Shown here: positions 48,037 through 57,599 of the stretch, one piece after another | How positions within the stretch are numbered: position 1 is the first letter of the stretch | Layout of the letters: every line of letters starts with the position of its first letter | DNA from: an uncultured Thermomicrobiales bacterium | GTDB lineage: Bacteria > Chloroflexota > Chloroflexia > Thermomicrobiales > UBA6265 | Length of the DNA stretch: 64,000 nt | Reading direction: 5' to 3' | Assembly: GCA_902806345.1 (NCBI GenBank) | Contig: CADCWF010000204.1 | Span: 6,234 to 70,233, forward strand | The notes under the pieces: model-generated | Seen by the model: only the letters and a program-made list of their open reading frames with translations | Told to the model about the DNA's origin: nothing | Database searches by the model: none | Made by a program: the position numbers and the translations under genes

Positions 48037-48438
48037 GTGGCCCACTACCTGACGCTCGCGGATGTCGTGGCCCTTCATGCGGAGGTGATGGAACGTCTCG
48101 GCCAGGGAGCGAACCCGCTCCGCGATGAGGGAGCCCTGGCGTCGGCGATCAGCCGTCCCCGGATGGCCGCGCACTACGAGGATGCCGACGTGGTGCGCCA
48201 GGCGGCGTTGCTGGCCGTGGGCATTTCACAGGCACAGGCATTCCTCGATGGCAACAAGCGGACGGCCTTCGCGGCCCTGTTTCTGTTTCTTAGCGGCAAC
48301 GGCTCCGGCTTTGTAGGGGATAGTGTCCAGTTGGGCCGCCAACTGGAGATCGTCGCCGAGCGCGGCGGCGACCGGGCGGCCGCCGAGGACGCCTTCGAGG
48401 CCTGGCTGCGAGCGCGGGTGCAGCCAACCAGCGGATAA
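48037..48438 (+). CDS. doc: Doc (death-on-curing) / Fic-family toxin with Gln in place of the motif histidine
   Basis: LTLADVVALHAEVMERLG...ISRP... and the motif QAFLDGNKRTAF, where the canonical form is HxFxDGNKRTA. Codon 67 is CAG at 48235-48237. The start codon is GTG. Confidence 0.8.
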   Translation: MAHYLTLADVVALHAEVMERLGQGANPLRDEGALASAISRPRMAAHYEDADVVRQAALLAVGISQAQAFLDGNKRTAFAALFLFLSGNGSGFVGDSVQLGRQLEIVAERGGDRAAAEDAFEAWLRARVQPTSG

Positions 48439-48461
48439 GGTCTAGCCGCGATCCGACCCGC

Positions 48462-49385
48462 TCAGCCTGTGCTCGGTGTCTCGGGCAAGCCCAGTCGGGG
48501 GTTCTCGCTCCTGGCGAACCGCGCCAGCTTGGCGAAGAAGTCCTCCAGGACGAAGCGTGCGTCGACCGTCTCGTAGACCCGGATCGGGCGGTGGCCGCGG
48601 CCGTGGACGTAGGCCATCGCGGGGTCGAACTCCGGGGCCGGCCGCATCGCCGAGGCGCCGCACTCGGGCGCCATCACTACCCCGACCGCCGGCGAATCGC
48701 CGAGTGACCGGAACTCGATTGGCCGATCCACGTGGTGGGCGTTCCAGTCGATCAACTGCTCGACGAGGTAGCGGCCGAGCGCTCCGTGCGGCCGGACTTT
48801 GTCCATGAGCTCGGCGTAGGAGACCGAGAAGCGCTTGTAGACGCTGCTCGGGATCTGCCACACCTCGAGCCGCGAGCGCATCACCACGTTGGCGGCGCCG
48901 ATGTCGTTCGAGAGGTTGAACTCCGGTCCACCCTCCGGCCAGGGCCCACCGCCGATCCAGACGACCACCACGTTGCGCTCCTCGATCCTCGGCTCCTCCA
49001 GCAGGGCGCTGGCCATGTCCGTCAACGGACCGTAGAAGAGCACGTGGAGGGGGCGGGGATCGTCCCGCAGCGCCTCCTCGACGATCAGACCGGAGCCGGG
49101 GGAGGGGACCGGGGTCGCCTCGTCGGGTAGCGCCCGCGGCGCCCCGTCCTCGACCCGGAACCTCCCTTGCCACCCCATCAATCGGAGGAGTTTGTCGACC
49201 TCCTCCCGACTCTCCCGCAGCGACTCGGTCGTCCGCCGCTCGCCGAAATGGGCCGGGACGATGCCGTGGATCTCGAACGAGGGCGTCAGCAGGGCGTGGA
49301 CGATGGCGAACTGGTCGTCCGCTTCGTTTTTGGCATCGGTGTCGACGATGACCCGGGCTCGTTTCGCGGGCAGCAGGGATTCCAC
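48462..49385 (-). CDS. Nucleoside hydrolase family protein (IUNH-like)
   Basis: N-terminal aspartate cluster VIVDTDAKNEADDQFAIVHALL. Confidence 0.75.
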   Translation of the reverse strand: MESLLPAKRARVIVDTDAKNEADDQFAIVHALLTPSFEIHGIVPAHFGERRTTESLRESREEVDKLLRLMGWQGRFRVEDGAPRALPDEATPVPSPGSGLIVEEALRDDPRPLHVLFYGPLTDMASALLEEPRIEERNVVVVWIGGGPWPEGGPEFNLSNDIGAANVVMRSRLEVWQIPSSVYKRFSVSYAELMDKVRPHGALGRYLVEQLIDWNAHHVDRPIEFRSLGDSPAVGVVMAPECGASAMRPAPEFDPAMAYVHGRGHRPIRVYETVDARFVLEDFFAKLARFARSENPRLGLPETPSTG

Positions 49386-49401
49386 CGAGGCGTTCCTCCC
49401 G

Positions 49402-50064
49402 TTAGGAGTCGAGTTGTTCGGCCGCCACCAGGCGGGGGCAGGCGGAACCGTCGGGTCGTGTGCACACGGGTTGGGCCGCGGGGATCGTGAGGCCGGAGCG
49501 CCGCAGCAGCGCGGCCGCCTCGCAGAGGGGCAGACCGACGACGTTCGTCCAGCAGCCGAACAGGACCTCGACCAGGTTGCGGCCAGTGCCCTGGACAGCG
49601 TAGGCGCCGGCCTTGTCGCGTCCCTCGCCGGTGGCGACGTAGGCCGCGATTGCTCGGGAGGAAAGGGACCGGAAGCGGAGCGTGCTGGGCACCGCCTGGC
49701 ACGCGACCTTGCCGGTTGCGGCGTCGACCACCGCCAGCCCGGTCCAGACTTCGTGGAGGCGGCCGGACAGCCGGCCGAGCATCGCGACCGCGTCGGCGTC
49801 GTCGCGCGGCTTGCCGAGGATATCGTCGCCCGCCGCGACGACGGTGTCGCCTCCGATCACGAGGCCGCCGGCATGCCGAGCCGCGACCACACGTGCCTTG
49901 CGCTCGGCCAGCGCCAGCACCAGCTTCCCCGGCGGTAGCGTCGGATCGACCTCTTCCGCCTCGTCGCTGACCTCGACGGCGAAGGGGAGGCCGAGCCGAG
50001 CCAGCAGTTCGCGGCGGCGGGGCGAACCGGAGGCGAGGACGAGGGGCGGCGTCGGATCGTGCAT
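49402..50064 (-). CDS. maf: Maf-like nucleoside triphosphate pyrophosphatase
   Basis: The ATG at 50064 gives MHDPTPPLVLASGSPRRRELLARLGLPF. Also GGDTVV...ILGKP, KAGAYAVQG and NVVGLPL. Confidence 0.88.
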   Translation of the reverse strand: MHDPTPPLVLASGSPRRRELLARLGLPFAVEVSDEAEEVDPTLPPGKLVLALAERKARVVAARHAGGLVIGGDTVVAAGDDILGKPRDDADAVAMLGRLSGRLHEVWTGLAVVDAATGKVACQAVPSTLRFRSLSSRAIAAYVATGEGRDKAGAYAVQGTGRNLVEVLFGCWTNVVGLPLCEAAALLRRSGLTIPAAQPVCTRPDGSACPRLVAAEQLDS

Positions 50065-50194
50065 CGACGGATCGTACCCGACGAGGAACCATGCGTCGGG
50101 TGGGAGCGGCCAGAGGCTATAGTGGCCGAATCGTGTTCGGAACCGTCCACTCGGCTGGACCAGCCGAGCACTCGAGCAGACGAGGTGGAGCTCC

Positions 50195-50578
50195 ATGCCG
50201 GCGGGTTTGTGGTGGTTGAATCGGCACGAACTCTCGCAGGTTCTTGTCGGCACCTTCATCGGGGCGGTGGTCGTCAAGCTGCTGCTGGGCGGGGATTGGC
50301 GAGAGGCCGTCCTGATGGCGCTCGGCTTCGCGCTGGTGATGGCGGGGCTGCGTTTCGTCCAAGCCGACCGTCCGCGGTCCGCTGTTCGCGTCGGCCGAGC
50401 GCTTGTCCCGATGGTTCCGGGGTTCGCGGTGGTCTATCTGAGCGACAAGGCCACCCTCACTGCGGGCGAACTTGTCTGGGCCGTCGGGGGTGGCCTCGGC
50501 GCGGCGGCCGGGCTCCTCCTCCTGATGAGGCTCTGGCCGATCCGGATTGGCCACGGATCTCCCGGATCCCCCCGCTGA
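50195..50578 (+). CDS. Hypothetical small membrane protein (4 TM)
   Basis: The profile is hydrophobic and GC3 is high. No family was recognised. Confidence 0.45.
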   Translation: MPAGLWWLNRHELSQVLVGTFIGAVVVKLLLGGDWREAVLMALGFALVMAGLRFVQADRPRSAVRVGRALVPMVPGFAVVYLSDKATLTAGELVWAVGGGLGAAAGLLLLMRLWPIRIGHGSPGSPR

Positions 50579-50711
50579 TCGCTCGGGTTCGGACGTCGCG
50601 GTAGACGTGAGGCGCGCGGCGGCGAATCAGGCACGGCCGGGTTCCTTCCATCGTCTTCCGGGGAGTGTCTGCAACGAGGCGCGGTCGCCGGCGGTTCAGG
50701 TAAACCTTGAA

Positions 50712-51533
50712 TCAAAGGACGGAGCTTCCCGCACCGCTCAGGGCGAGGTGCGCCCCGGCCGGGTCGCGGATCACGGCGTAGCGCCAGCTTCCGGCGTCGC
50801 CGAACGGGCCGGCGACGGCCGAGCCGCCCAACTCGGTGCAGCGGCGCAGCGCCCCATCCAGGTCGTCGACGGCGACGTAGGGGAGCCAGACGGGCGGCAG
50901 TCCGGCGTTGGCGCCCCTGGCGTGGCAGATGCCGGCGATGGCGCTGCCCGTCGCCCCGTCGGTCATCTCGTAGTCGACGTAGCCTCCCTGGTCGACCGGC
51001 CGCGGGGTCCAGCCCATCACCGAGGCGTAGAAGTCACGGATCTGCTCGGGATCGGGAACGGTCAGGTCGATGCCGACCATCGTGCCCGATCTCGGTCCAG
51101 CGCCTTCGGGGCTCGGCTGCGATTCGACCCGACCTTCGCCGGTGTCGCTCGCCTCGATCACCGCGATGGCGACTCCGATGGGATCGCCGATCACGGCGTA
51201 CCGTCCGCCCGGTTCGCCGAATGGTCCGGCGGCCACGGCTCCACCGAGGTCGCCGCAGCGGCGGAGGGCGGCGTCGAGGTCGGCGACGGCAACGTAGGCG
51301 AGCCAGACCGGAGGCAAGCTGGCGTTGCCGCCGCGAGCATGGCAGACCCCGGCGACCGGAGCTCCGGTCGCCGGTTCAGCCATCACGTAGTCGGCGTAGC
51401 CGCCCATATCGAGCGGTTCGGCGTTCCAACCGACGACCGCCGCGTAGAAGTCGCGGACGGTGTCGGCGTCCGCGACCGTCAGGTCGTGGTGGACGACGGT
51501 TCCGACGATGGCGCGTTTTTCAGCCACACGCAC
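50712..51533 (-). CDS. VOC (glyoxalase/bleomycin-resistance fold) protein with an internal duplication
   Basis: Two homologous halves: ...DFYAAVVGWNAEPLDMGGYADYVM...AGVCHARGGNASLPPVWLAYVAV.DLD.AL and ...DFYASVMGWTPRPVDQGGYVDYEM...AGICHARGANAGLPPVWLPYVAVDDLD.AL. Confidence 0.8.
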   Translation of the reverse strand: MRVAEKRAIVGTVVHHDLTVADADTVRDFYAAVVGWNAEPLDMGGYADYVMAEPATGAPVAGVCHARGGNASLPPVWLAYVAVADLDAALRRCGDLGGAVAAGPFGEPGGRYAVIGDPIGVAIAVIEASDTGEGRVESQPSPEGAGPRSGTMVGIDLTVPDPEQIRDFYASVMGWTPRPVDQGGYVDYEMTDGATGSAIAGICHARGANAGLPPVWLPYVAVDDLDGALRRCTELGGSAVAGPFGDAGSWRYAVIRDPAGAHLALSGAGSSVL

Positions 51534-51584
51534 TCCTGTTCTCGTTCATCGCGGCCCGTCCGGAACAGCGCGTCGCCGCCAAGC

Positions 51585-51962
51585 CTACTCGCGCGACTGA
51601 GAGAGGACGAAGCTGTTGCCGTCCGGGTCGGCCAGGACCGCGTTCCAGCCCCAGTCGAACCGCTGCGGCGGCGCCGGGAAGGCGACGCCGCGACCGGCAA
51701 GGTCGCGGTAGGCGGCCTCGACGTCGGCGGCCGTCAGCACGACGCCGGTCTCGACGCCGACCCGCTCCGGCGCCCAGCCACCGTAGCCGTGAATCAGCAG
51801 CAGGTTGGTCGACGAGCCGGACGGGGCCACCTCCAGCCAGCGCAGCCGGCCTTCGAACGGTGCGTTGAGCCGGACCTCCATCCCGAGCACCCCGGTGTAC
51901 CAGGCGAGGGCGGCCGCCTGGTCGTTGACGTAGACCGACGCCGCGTAGATGCCATCGATCAC
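51585..51962 (-). CDS. VOC family protein (single domain)
   Basis: YVNDQAAALAWYTGVLGMEV...ADPDGNSFVL. Confidence 0.8.
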   Translation of the reverse strand: MIDGIYAASVYVNDQAAALAWYTGVLGMEVRLNAPFEGRLRWLEVAPSGSSTNLLLIHGYGGWAPERVGVETGVVLTAADVEAAYRDLAGRGVAFPAPPQRFDWGWNAVLADPDGNSFVLSQSRE

Positions 51963-52091
51963 GGTTGCTCCTCCTCTGAGTGGCGACGGGGGCGCCTCGG
52001 ATGCGCTTCCCGGACCCGCGGGAGGGGTCTCGACGCCGCATCGGAGCGAGCATGGCGGACCGGTGGCGCCATCGCTTCTCCGATCTTGCGG

Positions 52092-52970
52092 TCAGCGGCG
52101 CCGGCGGCGAAGGTAGTTGTGGCCGTGATCGCGGCGATGCTCGGCGTCGTCGCCGGCCGCGGATCGAGGGTCGAGGAGGAGCGCCGGCAGGGCTACCAGG
52201 ATCGGCCCGTCGGTTGGTAGCGGGGACCGGAGTTCGATGTCGACCGGGCGCCCGGCCCGGCCGCGCCGGACCTCGACGGCGGCAGGCGCGGCGCCGACCC
52301 CGGTCGGCACCGCCGGCAGGAGGGCGGCGAGCGGGTCGTTGGCCGCCGGCAACGCGACCGCGAGCAGCCGGTATCGCCCGTCAGGAACGTTGTTGAGGTG
52401 ATATGCCCCGGGGCCGATCAGCACCGTCCCGGCGCTCGGAACGCCCTGGGCAATGCCGTTCGGGAAGACACCGACGAAGACCAGCGAGCCAGGGGCCGCG
52501 AGGCCGGACACGCGGCCAACGATCGCGGCCGGCGGGGAGGCCGGCACGGGCGGCTGTAGCCGGCGGTCGGTCGGCACCGCGGCGAGGATCGGGGCGACGA
52601 GCTCCGGCAGCCGGCGGAGCCGGCCAGGCGGCACCCCGACGAGGTGGGTGAAGCGCGTGGTGAAGGTGCCGAGGCCGTCGTAGCCGCTCTCGAAGCAAAC
52701 CTCCGTGACCGGGAGGTCGGTGGTCAGGAGCAGCCGCTTGGCGTACTCCATCCGCAGCGCCGCCTGGAACGCCACCGGCGAGACGCCGACGACCTCCTTG
52801 AAAACCCGCGAGAAGTGGAACGGGCTCCAGCCGGCGATCTCGGCCAGATCGGCCAGCGAGAGACGCGCCGGTGGATCGGCCCGGAGGGCGGCGACGACGG
52901 TCTCGACGGCGGCTCGTCGCGCATCGCCGTGGGAGGGGGAGGGCTGTAGGACCCTTGCGCCGGGTTCCAC
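52092..52970 (-). CDS. AraC-family transcriptional regulator (N-terminal HTH, uncharacterised C-terminal domain). The start codon is uncertain.
   Basis: [71 protein letters not shown]. The GTG at 52970 was chosen because it has GGAGCAGG upstream. Confidence 0.7.
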   Translation of the reverse strand: MEPGARVLQPSPSHGDARRAAVETVVAALRADPPARLSLADLAEIAGWSPFHFSRVFKEVVGVSPVAFQAALRMEYAKRLLLTTDLPVTEVCFESGYDGLGTFTTRFTHLVGVPPGRLRRLPELVAPILAAVPTDRRLQPPVPASPPAAIVGRVSGLAAPGSLVFVGVFPNGIAQGVPSAGTVLIGPGAYHLNNVPDGRYRLLAVALPAANDPLAALLPAVPTGVGAAPAAVEVRRGRAGRPVDIELRSPLPTDGPILVALPALLLDPRSAAGDDAEHRRDHGHNYLRRRRR

Positions 52971-53179
52971 GATCGTGCCTGCTCCGCGGCGACCAGAATC
53001 GGGATCGAGACCCCCATCGGGGGGAGCTGAGGATCGATCTTGACCGGAGTATGCCCGGTCCCGGCGGCTGGTGACATCGGGCGAGATGGTGAAGGACAGG
53101 TGTCGGGAGCAAGCCGACTCGCAACGGCAGGGCTTCGTGTTTCCACAACACCCGGAGGGTGTACGTCCACCCCCGCCCG

Positions 53180-53188
53180 TGGTAGACT
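53180..53188 (+). promoter_or_regulatory. Putative extended -10 promoter (TGgTAGACT) for uvrA
   Basis: It lies about 80 nt upstream of the uvrA ATG and follows the same motif class as the cdaA and tRNA-Pro sites. Confidence 0.4.
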
Positions 53189-53269
53189 CGCCCCTTGCGA
53201 TCGGATGTTCGGGTTGTCCGGGTGGCACCGGCGGAGGCCCCGAGCGTCGACGACCAAGGGGAAGGGCGC

Positions 53270-56200
53270 ATGGCCCAGCACGACCGGATCAGCGTCCGCG
53301 GCGCCCGCGAGCACAACCTCAAGAACGTCGACGTCGACATCCCCCGTGACAAGCTGGTCGTGCTGACGGGCCTCTCCGGCTCCGGCAAGAGCTCCCTCGC
53401 TTTCGACACCATCTTCGCCGAGGGCCAGCGCCGCTACGTCGAGAGTCTCTCCGCCTACGCCCGCCAGTTCCTCGGTCAGATGGAGAAGCCCGACATCGAC
53501 CACATCGAGGGGCTCTCGCCAGCGATCTCGATCGACCAGAAGGGCACCAGCCGCAACCCCCGCTCGACGGTCGGCACCGTCACCGAGATCTACGACTACC
53601 TGCGCCTCCTCTTCGCCCGCGTCGGTCGCCCCCACTGCCCCGAGTGCGGCCGCCCGATCGTCGCTCAGTCGGTCCAGCAGATGGCCCGTCAGATCCTGGC
53701 CTTGCCGGATGGCTCCCGCTTGATGATCCTCGGCCCGGTGATCCGCGACCGCAAGGGCGAGCACGCCGGGGTGATGGAGGAGATCCGCCGCCAGGGCTTC
53801 GTCCGGGTCCGCGTCGACGGCGCCGTGCTCGAGATCGACGAGGCAGTCGGGCTCGACCTCGCCAAGTACAAGAAGCACACGATCGAGGTCGTCGTTGACC
53901 GCCTCGTCGTCCGCCACGACGCCGGGCCGGACGCCACCCCCGACCCGGACGACCACCCGGACCGGGTCCGCGTCATCGAGAGCTTGGAGACGGCGCTGAA
54001 GATCGCCGCCGGCATCGCCGCCGTCCAGATCGTCGATGGCGAGGAGCTGGTCTTCTCGGAGAAGTTCTCCTGCCCCGTCCACGGCGTCGTCGGCCTGACC
54101 GAGATCGAGCCCCGCAACTTCTCCTTCAACAGCCCCCACGGGGCCTGCCCGACCTGCACCGGTCTCGGCACCACCCGCGAGTTCGACCCCGAGCTGGTCA
54201 TGCCGAACCGGGGTCTGACCGTCGCCCAGGGCGCGATCGTGCCGTGGCTACGGGCCGGTAACGAGGGCAGCGCCTGGTACGACGCCCTGCTGGAGGGCGT
54301 CGCCGACAAGTTCGGCTTCTCGCTCCACGTCCCCGTGCGCGACCTCCCGGCCAGTGCGGTGGCGACCCTGATGCAGGGTTCCAACGGCGAGCCGGTAACG
54401 GTCCGGTACAAGAGCAAGACGGGCCGCCTCCGCTCCTACGACGTCGCCTACGAGGGGGTCATCCCCAACTTGAAGCGGCGCTACGATTCCACCTCTTCCG
54501 ACTACGTCAAGGAGGAGCTGGAGCGGTACATGGCCGAGCGGCCCTGCCCTGTCTGCAAGGGTGCCCGCCTCAAGCCCGAGATCCTGGGGGTCACCGTCGA
54601 GGGCAACTCGATCGTCGATGTCACCCGGATGGCGATCCGCGAGGCGCAGGCCTGGTTCGCCGGGCTCGCCCAGGACCCCTCCGATCACACCGGTGCCCCC
54701 CTCTCGGAGCGGGAGTTCCTGATTGCCCGCCAAGTGTTTAAGGAGATTCGGGAGCGGCTCGGCTTCCTGGTCGACGTCGGCCTCGACTACCTGACACTCG
54801 ACCGCTCGGCCAACACCCTCTCCGGCGGCGAGGCCCAGCGGATCCGGCTGGCGACCCAGATCGGGTCCTCGCTGATGGGCGTCCTTTACATCCTGGACGA
54901 GCCGAGCATCGGCCTCCACCAGCGCGACAACGCCCGACTGATCCGGACCCTCCTCCGGCTGCGCGACATCGGCAACACCCTGATCGTCGTCGAGCACGAC
55001 GAGGACACGATGCGGGCCGCCGACTGGATCATCGACATCGGGCCGGGCGCCGGCAAGCTCGGCGGCTACGTCGTCGCCGAGGGGACGATGGACCAGATCG
55101 CCGCCGCCCCCGACTCGGTCACCGGCCAGTACCTGAGCGGCCGCCGTCAGATCCCGATGCCAACGACGCGGCGGCCGGGCAACGGCAAGAAGTTGACGCT
55201 GCGGAACGCGACCGAGAACAACCTGAAGAACGTGACCGTCTCGCTGCCACTCGGCACCTTCGTCTGCGTCACCGGTGTCTCTGGCTCCGGCAAGAGCTCG
55301 CTCGTCACCGACACCCTCTACCCGCGGCTGGCGATGGAGTTGAACAACGCCCGTCAGCGGGCCGGCGCCCACGGTTCGCTCGACGGCATCGGCCACCTGG
55401 ATAAGGTGATCGAGATCGACCAGAGCCCGATCGGCCGCACCCCCCGCTCCAACCCGGCGACCTATACCGGCCTCTTCACCCCGATCCGCGAGTTGTTCGC
55501 CTCGATGACCGAGGCCAAGGCCCGCGGCTACCTGGCGGGCCGCTTCTCCTTCAACGTCAAGGGGGGACGCTGCGAGGCGTGCAAGGGGGAGGGGATCATC
55601 CAGATCGAGATGAACTTCCTGCCCGATGTCTTCGTCCCCTGCGAGGTCTGCCATGGCAAGCGCTACAACCGCGAGGCGCTCGAGATCCACTACAAGGGCA
55701 AGTCGATCGCCGACGTCCTAGACATGACAGTGGCCGAGGGGCTGGAGTTCTTCCAGAACGTGCCTGCGATCAAGAACAAGCTGCAGACGTTGTTCGACGT
55801 CGGCCTCGGCTACATCCACCTCGGCCAGCCGGCGACCCAGCTCTCCGGTGGTGAGGCGCAGCGGGTCAAGCTGGCGACGGAGCTCTCGCGGAGGGCGACC
55901 GGGCGCACCCTCTACATCCTGGACGAGCCGACGACGGGGCTTCACTTCGCCGACATCGAGAAGCTGCTGGCGATCCTCCAGCGGCTCGTCGACGGGGGCA
56001 ACACGATCGTCGTCATCGAGCACAACCTGGACGTGATCAAGAACGCCGACTGGGTGATCGACATGGGACCGGAGGGCGGCAGCGGCGGCGGCGAGGTCGT
56101 CGCCGAGGGGACGCCGGAGGAGGTCGTCGGCACGCCCGGTTCCTACACCGGCGAGTTCCTCCGCTCCGTCCTCGGCGTCACCGCCCTCGCCGCCGACTGA
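53270..56200 (+). CDS. uvrA: Excinuclease ABC subunit A
   Basis: [56 protein letters not shown], zinc modules and two ABC signatures [19 protein letters not shown] lies upstream of the ATG. Confidence 0.97.
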   Translation: MAQHDRISVRGAREHNLKNVDVDIPRDKLVVLTGLSGSGKSSLAFDTIFAEGQRRYVESLSAYARQFLGQMEKPDIDHIEGLSPAISIDQKGTSRNPRSTVGTVTEIYDYLRLLFARVGRPHCPECGRPIVAQSVQQMARQILALPDGSRLMILGPVIRDRKGEHAGVMEEIRRQGFVRVRVDGAVLEIDEAVGLDLAKYKKHTIEVVVDRLVVRHDAGPDATPDPDDHPDRVRVIESLETALKIAAGIAAVQIVDGEELVFSEKFSCPVHGVVGLTEIEPRNFSFNSPHGACPTCTGLGTTREFDPELVMPNRGLTVAQGAIVPWLRAGNEGSAWYDALLEGVADKFGFSLHVPVRDLPASAVATLMQGSNGEPVTVRYKSKTGRLRSYDVAYEGVIPNLKRRYDSTSSDYVKEELERYMAERPCPVCKGARLKPEILGVTVEGNSIVDVTRMAIREAQAWFAGLAQDPSDHTGAPLSEREFLIARQVFKEIRERLGFLVDVGLDYLTLDRSANTLSGGEAQRIRLATQIGSSLMGVLYILDEPSIGLHQRDNARLIRTLLRLRDIGNTLIVVEHDEDTMRAADWIIDIGPGAGKLGGYVVAEGTMDQIAAAPDSVTGQYLSGRRQIPMPTTRRPGNGKKLTLRNATENNLKNVTVSLPLGTFVCVTGVSGSGKSSLVTDTLYPRLAMELNNARQRAGAHGSLDGIGHLDKVIEIDQSPIGRTPRSNPATYTGLFTPIRELFASMTEAKARGYLAGRFSFNVKGGRCEACKGEGIIQIEMNFLPDVFVPCEVCHGKRYNREALEIHYKGKSIADVLDMTVAEGLEFFQNVPAIKNKLQTLFDVGLGYIHLGQPATQLSGGEAQRVKLATELSRRATGRTLYILDEPTTGLHFADIEKLLAILQRLVDGGNTIVVIEHNLDVIKNADWVIDMGPEGGSGGGEVVAEGTPEEVVGTPGSYTGEFLRSVLGVTALAAD

Positions 56201-56410
56201 CCACCTCCGAGCCCCCCACTCCGCAGCTTGAGCCATCCGGTCCTGGTCGGCGATCGCCGATCCGCCGCCACTGCCAAGGTGCCCCCCGTTTCCGGTCTTG
56301 CCCGAGTTTGGATTGCGCGGCTTGACGGTGTGGCGCGCGTTCGTGACGATGGGGTGGCGGCGACTGCACCGGTGCGGTTCGGCCGCGATCGAGCAGTCGC
56401 GGAGGATGCC

Positions 56411-57349
56411 ATGGACTCGCGCCGATTCGACGCCCTCGCCAAGAACCTCGCCCGTGTCCCGCAGTCGCGCCGAGCGGCCGTCCGCCGCCTTGGTGGTGCC
56501 GGCCTGGGCGCCGCCGCTGCCGGCCTCTTCGGACGGGCGCGTGGCCAGGCCCAGCAGGCGACCCCTGCCGCCACCCCCGCGGCCCCCGGCGAGATGACCG
56601 AGTTCCTCTACATTCAGAGCCACAATGCCGGCACCATGCTGCCGAAGGAGGGCGAGGCCGGGGTCTACGAACTGGTGCTCACCGGCGGCACGGGCCACAC
56701 CACCTACTTTGCCGACCGCCCCGCCCGCCAGACCGGGATCGCCCCAACCGAGCGCGTTCTGACCGCGATCGGCGTCGGCGGCGATGACCCGCCGAATGCC
56801 GGCCTGGTGGCCGAGACCGACGACGGCGAGCGGGTCGTCATCGTCGAGCTCCTGGCCGCCCGGTTCGACGAGCCGACCGAGACGGTGACCTACGATGTCC
56901 GCGTCCTCGCGGAGTACGACGAGGCGGGACTCGCCCACCTCGCCGACAAGCATTCGGACGAGGAGCCGCCGGCGTCGTTCGGGGCCTCGAGCCTCTTCAT
57001 CGACGGTGGCGGCTGCCCCTACCCGATCTGCGGCGGCATCTGCTGCGACGCCAGCCAGGGGATGGTTTGCCAGGGCGGCGGGGCCTACTGCACCTCGATC
57101 TACCAGTCCGGCGTCTGCCAGGGCGGCAACGCCTGCCGCCAGGGGCCGCAAACGGCCTGCAATGCCACCGGCAACTGCCACTGCGGCACCGACATCGAGG
57201 GCGGCGGCGTCTGCCTGGTCGCCGACTCCAACCTCTGCGGCCGGCGGACCTGCTCGACCAGCGGCGATTGCGCCTACGGCAAGATGTGCGTCAACGCACC
57301 ATGCTGCGGCAGCGGTCTCCAGGTCTGCATGCCCCTCTGCCAGGATTGA
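56411..57349 (+). CDS. Secreted two-part protein: FDALA...SRR Tat-like leader, a domain of about 170 aa, and a C-terminal module with 20 Cys
   Basis: ATG at 56411, 4 nt after GGAGGA. Leader MDSRRFDALAKNLARVPQSRRAAVRRLGGAGLGAAAAGL. The C-terminus CPYPICGGICCDAS...CVNAPCCGSGLQVCMPLCQD has 20 Cys in 110 aa. Confidence 0.75.
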   Translation: MDSRRFDALAKNLARVPQSRRAAVRRLGGAGLGAAAAGLFGRARGQAQQATPAATPAAPGEMTEFLYIQSHNAGTMLPKEGEAGVYELVLTGGTGHTTYFADRPARQTGIAPTERVLTAIGVGGDDPPNAGLVAETDDGERVVIVELLAARFDEPTETVTYDVRVLAEYDEAGLAHLADKHSDEEPPASFGASSLFIDGGGCPYPICGGICCDASQGMVCQGGGAYCTSIYQSGVCQGGNACRQGPQTACNATGNCHCGTDIEGGGVCLVADSNLCGRRTCSTSGDCAYGKMCVNAPCCGSGLQVCMPLCQD

Positions 57350-57370
57350 TCCAGAACCAGGTTGATCGGT

Positions 57371-57439
57371 GCCGGCCGGGCCGCGGCAAGGCGACCGGCC
57401 GGCCGCTCCCCCCGTGGGGGACGGCGCCGTCCCCCACGG
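57371..57439. terminator. Two consecutive GC-rich palindromes between convergent genes (candidate bidirectional terminator or REP)
   Basis: gccggccgg-N15-ccggccggc at 57371-57403 and ccgtgggggacgg-cg-ccgtcccccacgg at 57412-57439. Confidence 0.45.
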
Positions 57440-57599
57440 CCACCCCGCCTCGCTACCCCTGGCCCCCGGGCGTGGGCCGACCGACGACTGCCCCTTCCAC
57501 CAAGCTCCCGACCACCCGTTCGCAACACCCCTGGGCCGAACAGGAGCGGGCGGGGGGCGCGGCACTCCCAATGCCGCGACCACCCATCCAAAAGCAGCA

